64,000 nucleotides of DNA from Eledone cirrhosa (lineage: Eukaryota). Position numbers and translations under genes: made by a program. Positions 63,528 to 64,000 of this stretch are shown piece after piece; within the stretch, counting starts at the first letter, position 1; every line of letters starts with the position of its first letter. The stretch lies in contig OZ024741.1 in assembly GCA_964016885.1 (NCBI GenBank), forward strand, positions 165,664,001 to 165,728,000. Reading direction: 5' to 3'. Below the pieces are notes generated by a model that did no database searches, was not told the origin of the DNA, and saw only the letters and a program-made list of their open reading frames with translations.

Positions 63528-64000
63528 ATGGGAGAAAGACAGTCTCCCCCATATCGACCCAATAGAGGGACCAGCAGTGTTAGTCGAGGGGAGTATAATA
63601 AGTAAGGCAATCAAGGATATGAAGACGGGTAAGGCGGCTGGGCCTTCGGAAATAGTTGCTGAGATGCTGAAGGCATCTGGCACGGTGGGACACACCATGG
63701 TCACCCGCATAGTTAACCAAGTCGTACAGAATGGGGTTGTTCCGAAGGACTGGCATAGCAGCATCATCGTTAACTGTTATAAGGGTAAAGGAGACGCCCT
63801 AGATAGGAGTAACTATAGAGGCATTAAATTAATCGACCAGGTCATGAAGGTCACGGAAAAAGTAATAGCGCAACTAATCAGAGAGAGAATTGACCTAGAT
63901 GAAATGCAGTTCGGGTTTGTGTCAGGCAAAAGTACCACGGACGCTCTTTTCATAGTACGACAACTACAGGAGAAGTACCTAGCTAAAGGTAAACCCCTCT
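63528..64000 (+). mobile_element. RTE RT N-terminal fragment running off the window
   Basis: KAAGPSEIVAEMLK...PKDWHSSIIVNCYKGKGD..DRSNYRGIKL...QFGFVSGKSTTDA. Confidence 0.92.

Overview
Eukaryotic, AT-rich, repeat-saturated animal genomic DNA. The repeat content suggests an octopus or other coleoid cephalopod (inference only). The single host coding sequence I can support is a 70-nt minus-strand exon (5740-5809) encoding MASDEDVPFGNIYDLQEVIGK, the N-terminus of CASK/Lin-2, so most of the window is probably CASK intron or upstream DNA. The rest consists of a full-length decayed pogo/Tigger transposon with a spliceosomal intron, RTE and CR1-like LINE fragments, two tRNA-derived SINE families, piggyBac-type TTAA MITEs, Helitron-like elements and micro/minisatellites. 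The long low-complexity ORFs in the track are microsatellite translations. The most notable signal is that (TA)n arrays repeatedly contain short inserts with a stereotyped architecture: arm, inverted arm, then a tail. Many of these carry hammerhead ribozyme cores (about ten or more, from several families), and one carries a GIY-YIG endonuclease C-terminus, so they are Penelope-like retroelements. RTE LINE sequence occurs in the same fold-back or twin-primed form inside (TA)n. Two diverged copies (1656-1756, 60929-61030) show a covarying, strand-permuted, pseudoknotted hammerhead-like fold with a k-turn that does not fit hammerhead types I-III. All structures were read by eye; no folding or database search was run.
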